From IMG/VR virus record IMGVR_UViG_3300036783_000180, positions 1 to 64,000 of that record: 64,000 nt of DNA; one strand, written 5' to 3'. Below, in pieces: positions 19,083-29,276 of this stretch. How positions within the stretch are numbered: position 1 is the stretch's first letter; each line of letters starts with the position of its first letter. This stretch comes from a virus. Its lineage: Duplodnaviria > Caudoviricetes. Made by a program: the position numbers and the translations under genes. The notes beneath the pieces were generated by a model. It saw only the letters and a program-made list of their open reading frames with translations. It had not been told where the DNA came from and made no database searches.

Positions 19083-19391
19083 ATGACAACAAATCAAAAA
19101 CAAAACACACCAGCACAAGGAACAACAGAAGTAACAGGACAAGCAGTAGCAACAAATGAGTACGATGTACAAAGACAACAATTGATTCTAGAATTAGAAA
19201 AATTGAAAATTGAATCAGCAGATCAAGTTGAAAAAATGAGAATTCAATCAAACGAGAAAGCAAACAGATTTAACAGAGTTTCAAGAATTGTAGAGAAAAC
19301 AATCTTAGGTGGATTAGCATCAGCGGTAGTAGTAAAAGCATTACAGTACAGCACAGAAGTAGAAAAAGCAAAAATAGAATTTGGTGAATAA
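19083..19391 (+). CDS. Small coiled-coil protein with one hydrophobic helix (motif-driven cassette)
   Basis: 102 aa, AAGGAG RBS, very A-rich codons. Hydrophobic segment TILGGLASAVVVKAL. Confidence 0.75.
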   Translation: MTTNQKQNTPAQGTTEVTGQAVATNEYDVQRQQLILELEKLKIESADQVEKMRIQSNEKANRFNRVSRIVEKTILGGLASAVVVKALQYSTEVEKAKIEFGE

Positions 19392-19400
19392 ATATGCCAA

Positions 19401-19442
19401 AATAGAATAGGACCTCAGGTCCTATTCTATTCGTTCTTTTTT
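19401..19442 (+). terminator. Intrinsic terminator
   Basis: AATAGAATAGGACC-TCA-GGTCCTATTCTATT then CGTTCTTTTTT. Confidence 0.75.
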
Positions 19443-19457
19443 GAAAGGAGAAACAAT

Positions 19458-20120
19458 ATGACGATTAATTTAATAGACATCAATATAGATGAAGATAATA
19501 TAGAGTTATTGCTCGAGAAAGAGGAAAAAGATAAAAAACAATTTAAGGTAGTATTTTCTTTTGAGTGGGAGCATTCTGACGAATTTTATTTGAAGGAATT
19601 TATCGGAATTGAAAAAGATAAATTAGAACAAGCTAACACAATTCTATCTGGAATTTCATTTTTCGATGGTTGGACAATGACAAATAATGAAGTACAAAAA
19701 GAAATGTTAGCTAGTTTCATCGCTCACATTCCTAACAGAGAGACATATAGGTTATTGGAATCTTGCTTAAATGCATGGCGAGAATTAAAGAATTGCCCAA
19801 TACACATCCAAGAGATATCGCATCCGAAATATCCGGTTATGTCTATCATGTACAATAAAACAGAGTTCCCTGAAATTAGAGAGTTAGTATCCACCATATT
19901 ACTAGCTATCGCGAATTCTGAAGTGACGGAAATCAAAGCGGAAAAAGAAGAAGAAAAGGATGTCGAAGAAGCGGATTTATTAAATGATGTATCAGCGGAA
20001 ATCATAGAACATGAAGTTAGCCCTGAAGTTGCAGCTCTCATGAAAAATCCAGACAAGGGAATGGAATCTTACAAAGAAGAAACCATTACATTCGAAGAAA
20101 ATCAGGGGGAAGAAGAATGA
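19458..20120 (+). CDS. Acidic hypothetical protein
   Basis: 220 aa, AAGGAG RBS, coupled to the SbcD gene by ATGA overlap. Confidence 0.7.
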   Translation: MTINLIDINIDEDNIELLLEKEEKDKKQFKVVFSFEWEHSDEFYLKEFIGIEKDKLEQANTILSGISFFDGWTMTNNEVQKEMLASFIAHIPNRETYRLLESCLNAWRELKNCPIHIQEISHPKYPVMSIMYNKTEFPEIRELVSTILLAIANSEVTEIKAEKEEEKDVEEADLLNDVSAEIIEHEVSPEVAALMKNPDKGMESYKEETITFEENQGEEE

Positions 20121-21115
20121 TTAGTTATTTGTATTTCACAGATCCACATGCAAAAGGAAAATCTCCATCAACACGAACAGATGATTTTCCAGAAACAATT
20201 TTAAAGAAAATCGAAAAAGGTTTTGAAATCGGTCACGAAAACAACGTCGATTTCTTTATGTGTGGTGGAGATTTCTTAGATAGTGCTTATGTATCACCTA
20301 AGTTTGTAAGGAGATTAGGAAGACTTATCAAACGATGCTTACGAGGCAAGTTGTTATTCTTTGTTTGGGGAAATCATGATATTATCGCATGGAATCCTAA
20401 AACGGCAGAAGATACAGCATTCGGTTTATTTGAAGAGTTCTTTGACGATATGATTGAATTAACTCCGGAACCAAAGAAATACACATTTAACGGAGAAGAT
20501 ATTTATTTATCGGGTGTTCATGCATACGCTAACTTAGATAGACATATCTTAGATGACGAAGGAAATATCATAGAACATCGTTCTCGTGATTACGTAATAG
20601 AAGGAGATTATGATGCTCCTGTCATTCATACAGTTCACGGTTATTTATCACCTAAACCAATTCTAGAAGATATTCCGCATACTGTAATTGAAGAAATGAA
20701 ACATACAAAAGCGACTATTACACAAACAGGCCATGAACATACTGGATTCGCTCCAATTCAATTACCGTATGGTACAGTGGTTAATCCTGGTGCATTAGGA
20801 CGTGTATTTGCATCTCATACAGAAATGAACCGTATGCCGCAATACACATTAAATAAAGTATACGGAATTGGTAATGCAGAGGTTACCCTTATCCAATGTC
20901 CAATCGCTCTTAAAGGTGATTTGGTTATGGATAGAACCGCATTAGACGAGAAGAAAGCAAGACAAGAAATCTTGTTACAAGCGAAAACGAATATGAATGA
21001 AGCGTTAAAAGACATTAATATTCAATCAGTGGACTTACATGTGATTATGCAAAGATTCAAAGGGAAGATTGAAGACGATGTATATTCGGAAGCAAAACGA
21101 AGACTAGGGATGTAA
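20117..21115 (+). CDS. sbcD: SbcD/Mre11-like metallophosphoesterase nuclease
   Basis: Motifs TDPH, GGDFLD, GNHD, GHEH, NPGALGR. Confidence 0.9.
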   Translation: MISYLYFTDPHAKGKSPSTRTDDFPETILKKIEKGFEIGHENNVDFFMCGGDFLDSAYVSPKFVRRLGRLIKRCLRGKLLFFVWGNHDIIAWNPKTAEDTAFGLFEEFFDDMIELTPEPKKYTFNGEDIYLSGVHAYANLDRHILDDEGNIIEHRSRDYVIEGDYDAPVIHTVHGYLSPKPILEDIPHTVIEEMKHTKATITQTGHEHTGFAPIQLPYGTVVNPGALGRVFASHTEMNRMPQYTLNKVYGIGNAEVTLIQCPIALKGDLVMDRTALDEKKARQEILLQAKTNMNEALKDINIQSVDLHVIMQRFKGKIEDDVYSEAKRRLGM

Positions 21116-21136
21116 CAATTCCTAGTCTTTTTATTT
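21100..21136 (+). terminator. Possible hairpin terminator
   Basis: AAGACTAGG...CCTAGTCTT followed by T-rich sequence. Confidence 0.4.
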
Positions 21137-21149
21137 AGGAGGAATCAGC

Positions 21150-22175
21150 ATGGATAAAGAGATTATAGATTTTTACAGAATATTAGGAGTCAGTAAATCA
21201 GCGGATGAAAAAGAAATTAAGAAAGCTTACAGGGATTTAGCAAGGAAGTATCATCCTGACGTAAGCAAAGAAGAAAACGCAAAAGAGAAGTTCCAAGAAA
21301 TACAAGAAGCATATGAGGTGCTCGGTGATGAAGAATTAAGAGCAGAGTATGACGTTGCCCTGCAAAATCATGAAGAAATGTTAGAGAGAAAAAGAACTAA
21401 GTTCTCTGATGTTTTTCACTCTTTCTACAAAAAGGAAGCAGATAGAAGGCATCCAATAGATGGGAAAAATGTACATGTCACACTTCCATTTACGATAGAA
21501 GATTCTTACAAGCAAACGAAAAAGAAGTTCGAATACAATCGTTTCAGAAATTGTAAAGATTGCAGAGGTTATGGTTTCATATCTAAAAACAAAGTGAAGT
21601 GCGAACATTGTGTAGGTAAAGGTTCTAAGAAGAAAGAGTTGATCACGCCGTTCGGAACAGTTACAGCTTCCGAAGGATGCATTAAGTGTAATGGAACAAC
21701 TTACAAAGACCACGAAACTTGCGAATCTTGTTTAGGTACAGGTAAAGAAAAGAATATGGAAACACTGCAAATCGAAATACCTGAAGATGTATATCGTGGC
21801 AAACAGATGATACTAAGTGGTTGGGGTGAGTTAGGCATTCGTGGCGGAGAAGCTGGCAACTTAATCATTACATTCGAACATGATCCAACGGATGGTTACA
21901 AAATCGAATATGACTATGATGTTGTTAGGAGATTTTCTATTCCACTAAAAACAGCACTTTTAGGAGGTGATGTGAGAATAGCGAAACCAGATGGAGGGGA
22001 AGAAGTAGTAAAAATAACAAAAGCTACTTCAAACGGTGCTCGACTTGTCATAGGTAATATGGGATTATTAAATAAGAAAAATAATCAGAGAGGGATTTAT
22101 TACGCTGAAATAAACGTAGAAATGCCTACTGACTTAACACAATCCAACCTAAACAAGATTGGTGATTTATTATAG
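21150..22175 (+). CDS. dnaJ: DnaJ-family chaperone
   Basis: J domain with HPD (ARKYHPDV), four CxxCxGxG-type repeats and a DnaJ C-terminal domain. Confidence 0.92.
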   Translation: MDKEIIDFYRILGVSKSADEKEIKKAYRDLARKYHPDVSKEENAKEKFQEIQEAYEVLGDEELRAEYDVALQNHEEMLERKRTKFSDVFHSFYKKEADRRHPIDGKNVHVTLPFTIEDSYKQTKKKFEYNRFRNCKDCRGYGFISKNKVKCEHCVGKGSKKKELITPFGTVTASEGCIKCNGTTYKDHETCESCLGTGKEKNMETLQIEIPEDVYRGKQMILSGWGELGIRGGEAGNLIITFEHDPTDGYKIEYDYDVVRRFSIPLKTALLGGDVRIAKPDGGEEVVKITKATSNGARLVIGNMGLLNKKNNQRGIYYAEINVEMPTDLTQSNLNKIGDLL

Positions 22176-22188
22176 GAGGGAACAAACA

Positions 22189-23472
22189 TTGGCAACTAAC
22201 GTCTACCTGGAGGGTGTGGAACTTTATAACTTCCGCACCCACTCCAAAACAAAAATGAAATTCACAAAAGATATAAATGCTTTAGTTGGCTCTAGTAGTG
22301 CTGGTAAAAGTAATGTTATGCGAGGAATCATTTGGAACATTAGAAATGAGCCTGCTGGTAATGACTTTATTAAAACAGGAACAATGGAAGCTAGCGTCAC
22401 TACACATTGGTCAAATGGATATTCTATCGAAAGAACAAGAAATAAAAGCGGAACAAAAAACGTATACATCGTTTATAAAGATGGTGAAGTAATTAATGAG
22501 TATACAGGTTTCGGAACTGGCGTACCACCTGAAGTTATCGATATACATGGTATTCGACCTTTAGCTAACGGTGTGTATTTCAACTACGCAAATCAACTCG
22601 AATCTGCTTTCTTAGTATCTGAGTCACCTAGAACAAGAGCTGAAGTAATCGGTAATTTAGAAGAACTAGGACGCATCGACGAAGAACTTACAAAAATCAA
22701 CGCTGATGTCAAAGCGGATAAGAAGCTACATAAAATGGTGTCAGCAGAGGTTGATGAATACAGTAAATCTATAGAAGAACTTGAGAAGCAGATTGCATTA
22801 AGAGAAAAGAAAGTAGAGGCTTTGAAAGAGTTTTGCGATGGAGTGGAAAAGCAAGAATCTATCCATCGAACACTTTCTAAGCATACCGAGCGACTTGCAG
22901 AATTATCAGATGAAGTGAACCGCACATCACAAGAAGTTATGAGAGCGAATAAAATCATCGAAAATTGGGATGATAATTTAGATGATAAAATAAGAACATA
23001 CCATAAACTTAACGGTCATGCAGAGCGACTAGGTAGCATTAAGGATGAAATGAACACTATATCATTCTTAAATGACGAAGCGTTAAGTCAACTCACTTCG
23101 TTATGTGAAAGTATAGAAGAGTCCATGAAGGTTGCTCAAATGTTTACGAGTCATATGAAACGACTAGAAAACATAGGAAGCTCCATTGACCGTATCAAAG
23201 CGCAAACGCCTTCCGAAAGGGTTATGAATATTAATTTCGAAGAACTGGATAAGGATATCGAACATTTCCGTTATATTCAAAAACACTTATCTCGTCTGCA
23301 AGATATAGATTCAGAGGTAACGAAAAACAAACAGACAATTTCAAGCGCAACAGACGAAATTGTAAATCTCGTAGATCACTTAGTACAGCATCTACATGAC
23401 GAAAAAGTATGTCCAACATGTACACAAACAACAGAAAAAATCACAACAGACCAAATCAAACAATTGGTATAA
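22189..23472 (+). CDS. sbcC: SbcC/Rad50 N-terminal part (Walker A, coiled coil, zinc hook)
   Basis: TTG start at 22189 after GGAGG. LYNFRTH, Walker A GSSSAGKS, Q-loop ANQLES, and the CPTC hook at the C-terminus. Confidence 0.85.
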   Translation: MATNVYLEGVELYNFRTHSKTKMKFTKDINALVGSSSAGKSNVMRGIIWNIRNEPAGNDFIKTGTMEASVTTHWSNGYSIERTRNKSGTKNVYIVYKDGEVINEYTGFGTGVPPEVIDIHGIRPLANGVYFNYANQLESAFLVSESPRTRAEVIGNLEELGRIDEELTKINADVKADKKLHKMVSAEVDEYSKSIEELEKQIALREKKVEALKEFCDGVEKQESIHRTLSKHTERLAELSDEVNRTSQEVMRANKIIENWDDNLDDKIRTYHKLNGHAERLGSIKDEMNTISFLNDEALSQLTSLCESIEESMKVAQMFTSHMKRLENIGSSIDRIKAQTPSERVMNINFEELDKDIEHFRYIQKHLSRLQDIDSEVTKNKQTISSATDEIVNLVDHLVQHLHDEKVCPTCTQTTEKITTDQIKQLV

Positions 23473-23489
23473 ACTAGGAGGAACTAATA

Positions 23490-23741
23490 ATGGCTACAGA
23501 ATACTCAAGAATTAAACAAGCGGTAGATGCAGAGAAAGCAAAGAAAGTACGTGGAGAAGCTAACCTAGCATCATTACTATCTGAAGAAACTCGTATTTAT
23601 GAGGATATCGAACGTGAAACAGGAAAGAAAGTTAATTCAAAAGAAGAACTAGAAAGAATGAACGAAGAGGCTCAAAAAGAGATTTCTGATACAATCATGA
23701 AAATGAAAGACATCTTAGATGCAGAAGGAGTTGCATTCTAA
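23490..23741 (+). CDS. Small coiled-coil protein, probable middle piece of split SbcC
   Basis: 83 aa, helical and charged, lying between the two SbcC halves. Confidence 0.6.
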   Translation: MATEYSRIKQAVDAEKAKKVRGEANLASLLSEETRIYEDIERETGKKVNSKEELERMNEEAQKEISDTIMKMKDILDAEGVAF

Positions 23742-24394
23742 TGGATATCGATATTGCCTTTGCTTCACCGGTAGTTGTTCGTGCTGCTAAGAAAATGATT
23801 CAAGAGCACGAACAAGATATCCAAGAGTTAGACAGAATGAAAGCTGAATTAGCTAGGAAGATAAAACAAAGAGACGAAATCGAACCTAGAATCATTTTAT
23901 TAGAAAAGGTTCGTGTGTTTATGCAAACTCTAGCGGAAGAAACTCGCGACGAAATTATGTCAGGATTAGAACAGGTAGTTACCACTTGTCTTCAAATTGT
24001 ATTTGGGCCACACTTACGTTTTGAAATCGAAGTAGAAACAAAGCGTAATGCAACAGGTATTGAATTCTACATTGTAGATGAATCAGGTGAAAAACCAGTA
24101 CGTCTTAAACCAGAAGGTAACTTTGCTGGTGGAGAGTTAGATACTATCTCCATCGGTTTACGATTCGGATTGTTAAAAGTATTAAATCCTTCTCCAGAAG
24201 GACCTGTATTCCTTGATGAGCCAGCAAAAATGATTTCGGGCGATAGAGTATTCTCTATCGCTAACTTATTGAAAGAGTTAGCGAAAATGTTCGACAAACA
24301 GATTATCATGGTATCTCACCACGAAGCATTGATTGACGTAGTAGATAATTCGATTTACTTCAAGAAAGAAAATGGCGTAACACAATGTGTCTGA
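23741..24394 (+). CDS. sbcC: SbcC/Rad50 C-terminal ATPase part
   Basis: ABC signature variant FAGGE, Walker B VFLDEP, H-loop MVSHH. Confidence 0.88.
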   Translation: MDIDIAFASPVVVRAAKKMIQEHEQDIQELDRMKAELARKIKQRDEIEPRIILLEKVRVFMQTLAEETRDEIMSGLEQVVTTCLQIVFGPHLRFEIEVETKRNATGIEFYIVDESGEKPVRLKPEGNFAGGELDTISIGLRFGLLKVLNPSPEGPVFLDEPAKMISGDRVFSIANLLKELAKMFDKQIIMVSHHEALIDVVDNSIYFKKENGVTQCV

Positions 24395-24410
24395 TAAGGA
24401 AGTGTAGGAA

Positions 24411-24788
24411 ATGAAAATCAATGAAACAAAACAATTTTACGAAAAAGAAATAAATGAAGTAAGAACGATATTAGGTAGAATGATGAAAGGTCAAAAGATT
24501 ATTACCGAAGCAGGGAAGAGCGGTTCAGTTGCAACCGCCCTGCAAGGTATTGAACTATACAATCAACTGTCTCAAGAAGCTTTTGAGAAATTAGAGCTAT
24601 GTTTGTTTTATCATGAGTACTTAGCTATGGGGAAAACAATTGTTATTAAACGAACAGGAAAAGCAATTAATATGGATGACAAAGTTAGTCAAAAGGAGAT
24701 TGAAGTTTCACCATTCCATTTAAAATCGCTGCTCACATTGAAAGAAGTGCTTGGCGAAAACTTTATGGATATGGTTGAATTCCGTTAA
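24411..24788 (+). CDS. Hypothetical protein
   Basis: 125 aa, co-directional, followed by a terminator. Confidence 0.65.
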   Translation: MKINETKQFYEKEINEVRTILGRMMKGQKIITEAGKSGSVATALQGIELYNQLSQEAFEKLELCLFYHEYLAMGKTIVIKRTGKAINMDDKVSQKEIEVSPFHLKSLLTLKEVLGENFMDMVEFR

Positions 24789-24819
24789 AGAGTGATAGAT
24801 TATCACTCTTTTTTATTTT
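24787..24819 (+). terminator. Intrinsic terminator
   Basis: AAAGAGTGATA-GAT-TATCACTCTTT plus T-tract. Confidence 0.75.
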
Positions 24820-24832
24820 GTGATTTTATGTC

Positions 24833-24857
24833 GAAAACTAGTTATAAGTAAAGTGAA
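24833..24857 (+). promoter_or_regulatory. Conserved 25-bp motif copy 3
   Basis: GAAAACTAGTTATAAGTAAAGTGAA. Confidence 0.75.
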
Positions 24858-24891
24858 GGAAGAATACATAAACAAATTGGAGGAAATTAAA

Positions 24892-25368
24892 ATGACAAAC
24901 GAATTAATGGAAAGTACAGAAGTAGTAGAAAACGAAGTAGCAGCAACAATGGAAGGAAGCGAGTTTGAGGAAGTAATGGAACAATCAAATGACAACCAAG
25001 TATGGAAATTAGTAGGAACAGCAGCAGCATCATTAGCAACAGGATTAACAGCAGGATGGTTCGGAAGAGGCGCAGTAGAAGCACGTAGAAGAGAAAAGAT
25101 GTTTGACGAAATTCAAAAACACATATGCTTAATTGAGAAAGCATCACAAGGTGAAGAAGAAGTAGAATGGAACGGAAGAATCTATACAACAAAAGGAATC
25201 AACGTAAATACAATTGACGAGTTAAAAGCGTATATCATGGATAACGTATTAAACAACAAGAAAGTTAAAACAAGCGAAAGAGAGAATTGGCACAACTTAT
25301 TAAATACATTAGCAGTAGTACAACACAAACTATTCTTAAGAGAAAAGATAGTAGTAGACGAAAAGTAA
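24892..25368 (+). CDS. Small protein with one hydrophobic helix (motif-driven cassette)
   Basis: Start moved to 24892 (GGAGG). A-rich codons. Hydrophobic segment VWKLVGTAAASLATGLTAGWFG. Confidence 0.75.
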   Translation: MTNELMESTEVVENEVAATMEGSEFEEVMEQSNDNQVWKLVGTAAASLATGLTAGWFGRGAVEARRREKMFDEIQKHICLIEKASQGEEEVEWNGRIYTTKGINVNTIDELKAYIMDNVLNNKKVKTSERENWHNLLNTLAVVQHKLFLREKIVVDEK

Positions 25369-25372
25369 TAAA

Positions 25373-25408
25373 ATAGCAGATACAATATTGTATCTGCTAT
25401 CATTTTTT
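25373..25408 (+). terminator. Perfect 28-bp palindrome plus T-tract
   Basis: ATAGCAGATACAAT|ATTGTATCTGCTAT then CATTTTTT. Confidence 0.7.
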
Positions 25409-25447
25409 AGCAATTAAAATTCGGATTAGACAAAAGGAGAAGGAAAA

Positions 25448-26482
25448 ATGAAAAGAGTAGAAAGTTTATTATTTGATGTAGTTAAGGATAACATGGATGA
25501 TACATTACAAGGATTCTTTATTGATGGAGATAAAGGTGTAGCAATTGCAGGACATAGAAGGATTTACAATACTGGAGATTTACTTGTTCGTGCATTAGGC
25601 GATTTCGAAGTACCTGATAGAGTGAGACAAGAAACAGGTACAGCGTTTTATAGCTATCGTGAAAAGGTTATTTCTTTAGATGAAAAAGGAATACCAGGAC
25701 AACAAGTAGAAGGTGGAAGAATTATCGTAGATGCAGAAGAGGCAGATATCATCTTTGAAGAAGCGTACAAAGCAATCGGAGAAGGATTCATGGTTCTTTT
25801 AAACCCTAAAATAATTTGCAGTTTCATTGAGTCTTATACACAGTATCAAGGATTCCAAAATAAGAAAATCAATATGCAAGTATTTAATGGGATTTCTAAT
25901 GTAGGTCACTTCACTGGACAAATCCATACCCATCAAGAAACTGGCGAAATCGGTTTATTGGTTGGAGAACGGATTTTCTGTCATATCGATGCAAAGAACT
26001 CTTTATTGAATCCTCAAATTCTAAGAGAAGATGCATTCGTAGTTGCGGAAATATTAGGAGTAGTGGAAGGAAAAAGAATCGTTCGTATCCTTAGACCATT
26101 TGAAACAGGTGTTAGATTCGCAATCCAAGACTTTAGAAATGGATTAATGTTAGATGATGCTGCACCTTATTCAGTTCACGAAGAAAGAAATAACGGTATT
26201 ACTAAACAAGGTATCATGAACATGCCATTCCTAGAATATCAGTTTGATGCAGATGATCCAAATAGCCCGAACATGTTCTTAGATGCACCAATGTTACACT
26301 TTGACTTAGATTCTCTATATCGTGCATTAAAACCAATGGAAATGCATAGCGTTGTAGAAATGATTTTCAAAGATTCTATTTCGCCATCTATTATCAGAAC
26401 TGCAACGAAAGAAGATATTGAATTAGAAGCAGTGATTGGAACAACATCGCCTTACAGAAGAGGAAAGGTGTGGACTCCATGA
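25448..26482 (+). CDS. Divergent DNA sliding clamp (DnaN beta)-like protein A
   Basis: LQGFFIDGDKGVAIAGHRR resembles the beta-clamp L.Gv...vaTDGHRL motif. The C-terminus FDLDSLYRALKPM...VEMIFKDSISPSII...AVI resembles FN..YL.dal....V.l.f.....P. Ends RRGKVWTP. Confidence 0.5.
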   Translation: MKRVESLLFDVVKDNMDDTLQGFFIDGDKGVAIAGHRRIYNTGDLLVRALGDFEVPDRVRQETGTAFYSYREKVISLDEKGIPGQQVEGGRIIVDAEEADIIFEEAYKAIGEGFMVLLNPKIICSFIESYTQYQGFQNKKINMQVFNGISNVGHFTGQIHTHQETGEIGLLVGERIFCHIDAKNSLLNPQILREDAFVVAEILGVVEGKRIVRILRPFETGVRFAIQDFRNGLMLDDAAPYSVHEERNNGITKQGIMNMPFLEYQFDADDPNSPNMFLDAPMLHFDLDSLYRALKPMEMHSVVEMIFKDSISPSIIRTATKEDIELEAVIGTTSPYRRGKVWTP

Positions 26483-26835
26483 GTAATGAATTACAGGTTA
26501 ATATAAACGATATAAATCGCAAGCTCGGCGTAGACTTATCTAAAGTCTATGGCCGGGCTTGCATTTCTTATAATTCGTCTACCCGTAAATCTGCTGATTA
26601 CATACCTGATTTCGAAGTCCTGTATGAAGAATATTGTGATATGTACATCACAAAAATAACTGATGCAGGAGCAGTATTTGAAGAACTCAAACAATTGTCT
26701 ACCTCGAAAGGGGGTGATGATACGGAGGAAACAAGCGTAGGTAAAGCTGAGTTTCTGAATATTTTGTTTATGATGAACTACACTTTTTTCCTAGAAGGGC
26801 AATTGATGAACCCGATAATATTGGAGGTATGGTGA
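26479..26835 (+). CDS. VW-array paralogue 1
   Basis: ATGA overlap with clamp-like gene A. YIPDF; ends NPIILEVW*. Confidence 0.8.
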   Translation: MSNELQVNINDINRKLGVDLSKVYGRACISYNSSTRKSADYIPDFEVLYEEYCDMYITKITDAGAVFEELKQLSTSKGGDDTEETSVGKAEFLNILFMMNYTFFLEGQLMNPIILEVW

Positions 26836-26836
26836 C

Positions 26837-27205
26837 ATGCAGATTAACAGAGAATTATCAGCGCAAATAAGAGAAATAGTTCATGAGGAAAACTTGAAAC
26901 TGTTGATGGATATTTACAGATTTATGGCAATCAAAACGAAGATACATGTGCCGGACATTGCAGTTTTGCACAACATCTTTAAAGAGAAATGGATTGATAA
27001 GAATTACGAATTTCTAATTACAAATGCAGATGCTTACGAATTCGATTTGGAACAAATATCAAAACATAACCACATTGCTAAATTAGAAGAGGTTGGATTT
27101 ATTTTGTTAGAACTTGACGATGTAGAACGTATTTTTAATTCCTTAAATATATCATTCGTTAGAAATGGTGTCCTATGGAACTCGGCGGTGATTAGCGTAT
27201 GGTAA
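26837..27205 (+). CDS. VW-array paralogue 2
   Basis: HVPDI; ends NSAVISVW*. Confidence 0.8.
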   Translation: MQINRELSAQIREIVHEENLKLLMDIYRFMAIKTKIHVPDIAVLHNIFKEKWIDKNYEFLITNADAYEFDLEQISKHNHIAKLEEVGFILLELDDVERIFNSLNISFVRNGVLWNSAVISVW

Positions 27206-27597
27206 ATTATGACCTTAATATACAGAAAGAGGAAAGAAGCTCGAAGATTGAATTCGAGCTTCTTTCTGATATTTATAGAGAACTGAGTGGAATGTGCATA
27301 GTTCCAACATCAGATTTAATTTTTAATCATTATAATTTAGTTTTGGAATACCGGATAACCAAGTTACAGGAAGAGCTTTATCCTGATGATGTGTATGAAT
27401 CGGGATTATCGCTTGATAATAAACACGAATTACTTCCCGATTGTGTGAGGGCAGACTTACAAAGCTACATAAAGCTGGATTCTGTCACACTAGAAGAAAT
27501 AGAAGACGCTTTGAATTTTTACAACATATTCTTTATTAAAGAACACAGCGGGGAGAGGAAAACATTGGTCAATCAAATTGTACTAGAAGTTTGGTAA
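27199..27597 (+). CDS. VW-array paralogue 3
   Basis: IVPTS; ends NQIVLEVW*. Confidence 0.8.
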   Translation: MVNYDLNIQKEERSSKIEFELLSDIYRELSGMCIVPTSDLIFNHYNLVLEYRITKLQEELYPDDVYESGLSLDNKHELLPDCVRADLQSYIKLDSVTLEEIEDALNFYNIFFIKEHSGERKTLVNQIVLEVW

Positions 27598-27613
27598 AGG
27601 GGAGATAGGATTA

Positions 27614-28018
27614 ATGCTAGCGAACACAATTGTTGTTGAACACTCGGAGTTTTTATTTAAGGATATTCATATTTACATTTTTGAAGAATACGAGCGAATT
27701 TGGGATGAATATATCATGAATCAAATCCCTAGCGTTCCGTCCATCTACGAAATCGTGCATCGAGTTTCAGAAGTGATTCATAATAGAATTAGTGAATTAT
27801 TAAGCTCAAGATATGTATTAGGAAATGACCTTTTTAACGAAGATGATTTTCAACAATTGGTAGCACTATATTCTTCTTGGTTCGATCAGCAAGCAGATAG
27901 AAAAGCTTATTTAGATGAGGTCTTGTTACGAGAAGTCACTAAGTTCTTTTGCTTACACCAACTGTTCCACGAAAGAGACGGTGTATTAGTTAATCAACCT
28001 GTATTGGGGGTGTGGTGA
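27614..28018 (+). CDS. VW-array paralogue 4
   Basis: SVPSIYEI; ends NQPVLGVW*. Confidence 0.8.
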   Translation: MLANTIVVEHSEFLFKDIHIYIFEEYERIWDEYIMNQIPSVPSIYEIVHRVSEVIHNRISELLSSRYVLGNDLFNEDDFQQLVALYSSWFDQQADRKAYLDEVLLREVTKFFCLHQLFHERDGVLVNQPVLGVW

Positions 28019-28383
28019 TGTATGAAGTAACAAATCCATTAGATGTAATTAATGATTTAGCATACGCTTCTTTGTACGAAGCTTATTCGTTTATCTTTAC
28101 AGAGAACTGTTATAACCCAACCGTGATACCTTCACTCGAAATGATCCACAATCACTTTGTGGATCATTTTATTCAAGGGTTATTCTTAGATACTGTACAA
28201 AGGGATAACTACGAATCACTAGGAGCGGAAGACTTCTATGATTTTGAAAAAAAGATTAAAGGCAGAAAGTATCATCCTTTCATACCGGATATCGCTCAAC
28301 TTAGAATTATGTTAAATACAAGGAATATCACCTATATGATAGGCGACGTAGTTCACAATCCAGTCGTAAAGGGAGTGTGGTAA
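28018..28383 (+). CDS. VW-array paralogue 5
   Basis: TGATG coupling. MYEV, VIPSLEMI; ends NPVVKGVW*. Confidence 0.8.
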   Translation: MYEVTNPLDVINDLAYASLYEAYSFIFTENCYNPTVIPSLEMIHNHFVDHFIQGLFLDTVQRDNYESLGAEDFYDFEKKIKGRKYHPFIPDIAQLRIMLNTRNITYMIGDVVHNPVVKGVW

Positions 28384-28812
28384 ATGGATGAATTAATTAG
28401 AAGTAATTTAGAACAAAAATCAGCATTAGAAGAAACGGTAGAATTATTCTTATATGAAGCATACGAGTCTCTATCATCGTCGATATGTAGCGACTTTTAT
28501 AGTGGTTGGTATCCTTACATTTATATAGGGGATTTAGTGCAGCGTGTATATAGCGAAACGTATACAGAAGTGAAGATTGGATTAATCGATGAAGCTATTT
28601 TAAGAGGCGACCATGAATTAGCAGGTTTAGGAAGGGATGATTATACCTTACAAGCTTATCAAGGAACCTTATCGGATACAGCGCATTTAGAACCTAACTT
28701 CGGAAGAAAAGAGATAGAGGACATTATTTTAAAAGTATTAACACAAAAGAATATCGCGTACTTAGATTACGACGAGAAGATGCAAAACCCGATTATAAAG
28801 GAAGTGTGGTAA
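28384..28812 (+). CDS. VW-array paralogue 6
   Basis: Ends NPIIKEVW*. Confidence 0.8.
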   Translation: MDELIRSNLEQKSALEETVELFLYEAYESLSSSICSDFYSGWYPYIYIGDLVQRVYSETYTEVKIGLIDEAILRGDHELAGLGRDDYTLQAYQGTLSDTAHLEPNFGRKEIEDIILKVLTQKNIAYLDYDEKMQNPIIKEVW

Positions 28813-29276
28813 TGACCGGAGCAAACGAAATGATGGTATTAAAACCAGAAGACGTAGTGAACACAGTAGATTCAATGCTGTTAATTACAAAAGAGACATT
28901 TGATAAATTCATTGTGCTTTTAGCACATTGGTATAAAGAAGAATCGTTGCAGGAAAATAATATTCCTAACATCTTCTATATATTCCAAATGCGCGACCCA
29001 ATCATTGATGATTTATCTAGTATTTTTATAGAAAGTTTAGGGTGGAGAGAATTAGGAGAATTACAAATGTCTTACAATTTCGAACGGAATCCAGAAGACG
29101 AAGGTGTAATGAGGAATAAGTTTATACATGGATACGATAAGCTTTTCTTGAATCAAATGATACAGGATGTAGAAACAGCGTTTGAAGCAATGAGGTTTGT
29201 GTACAGATGGGATTCTACAGAATTCGGAGGTACAGACCAAATTATAAAAGGAAGCGTGGTATTAGGCGTATGGTAA
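28812..29276 (+). CDS. VW-array paralogue 7
   Basis: TAATG coupling. NIPNIFYI; ends GSVVLGVW*. Confidence 0.8.
   Translation: MTGANEMMVLKPEDVVNTVDSMLLITKETFDKFIVLLAHWYKEESLQENNIPNIFYIFQMRDPIIDDLSSIFIESLGWRELGELQMSYNFERNPEDEGVMRNKFIHGYDKLFLNQMIQDVETAFEAMRFVYRWDSTEFGGTDQIIKGSVVLGVW

Noticed and set aside
25373-25400. Perfect palindromes (25373-25400, 41837-41862) as operator, origin or hairpin-telomere sites
   Set aside because: They share no sequence with one another, and each sits just after a stop codon next to a T-tract, which fits terminators better.
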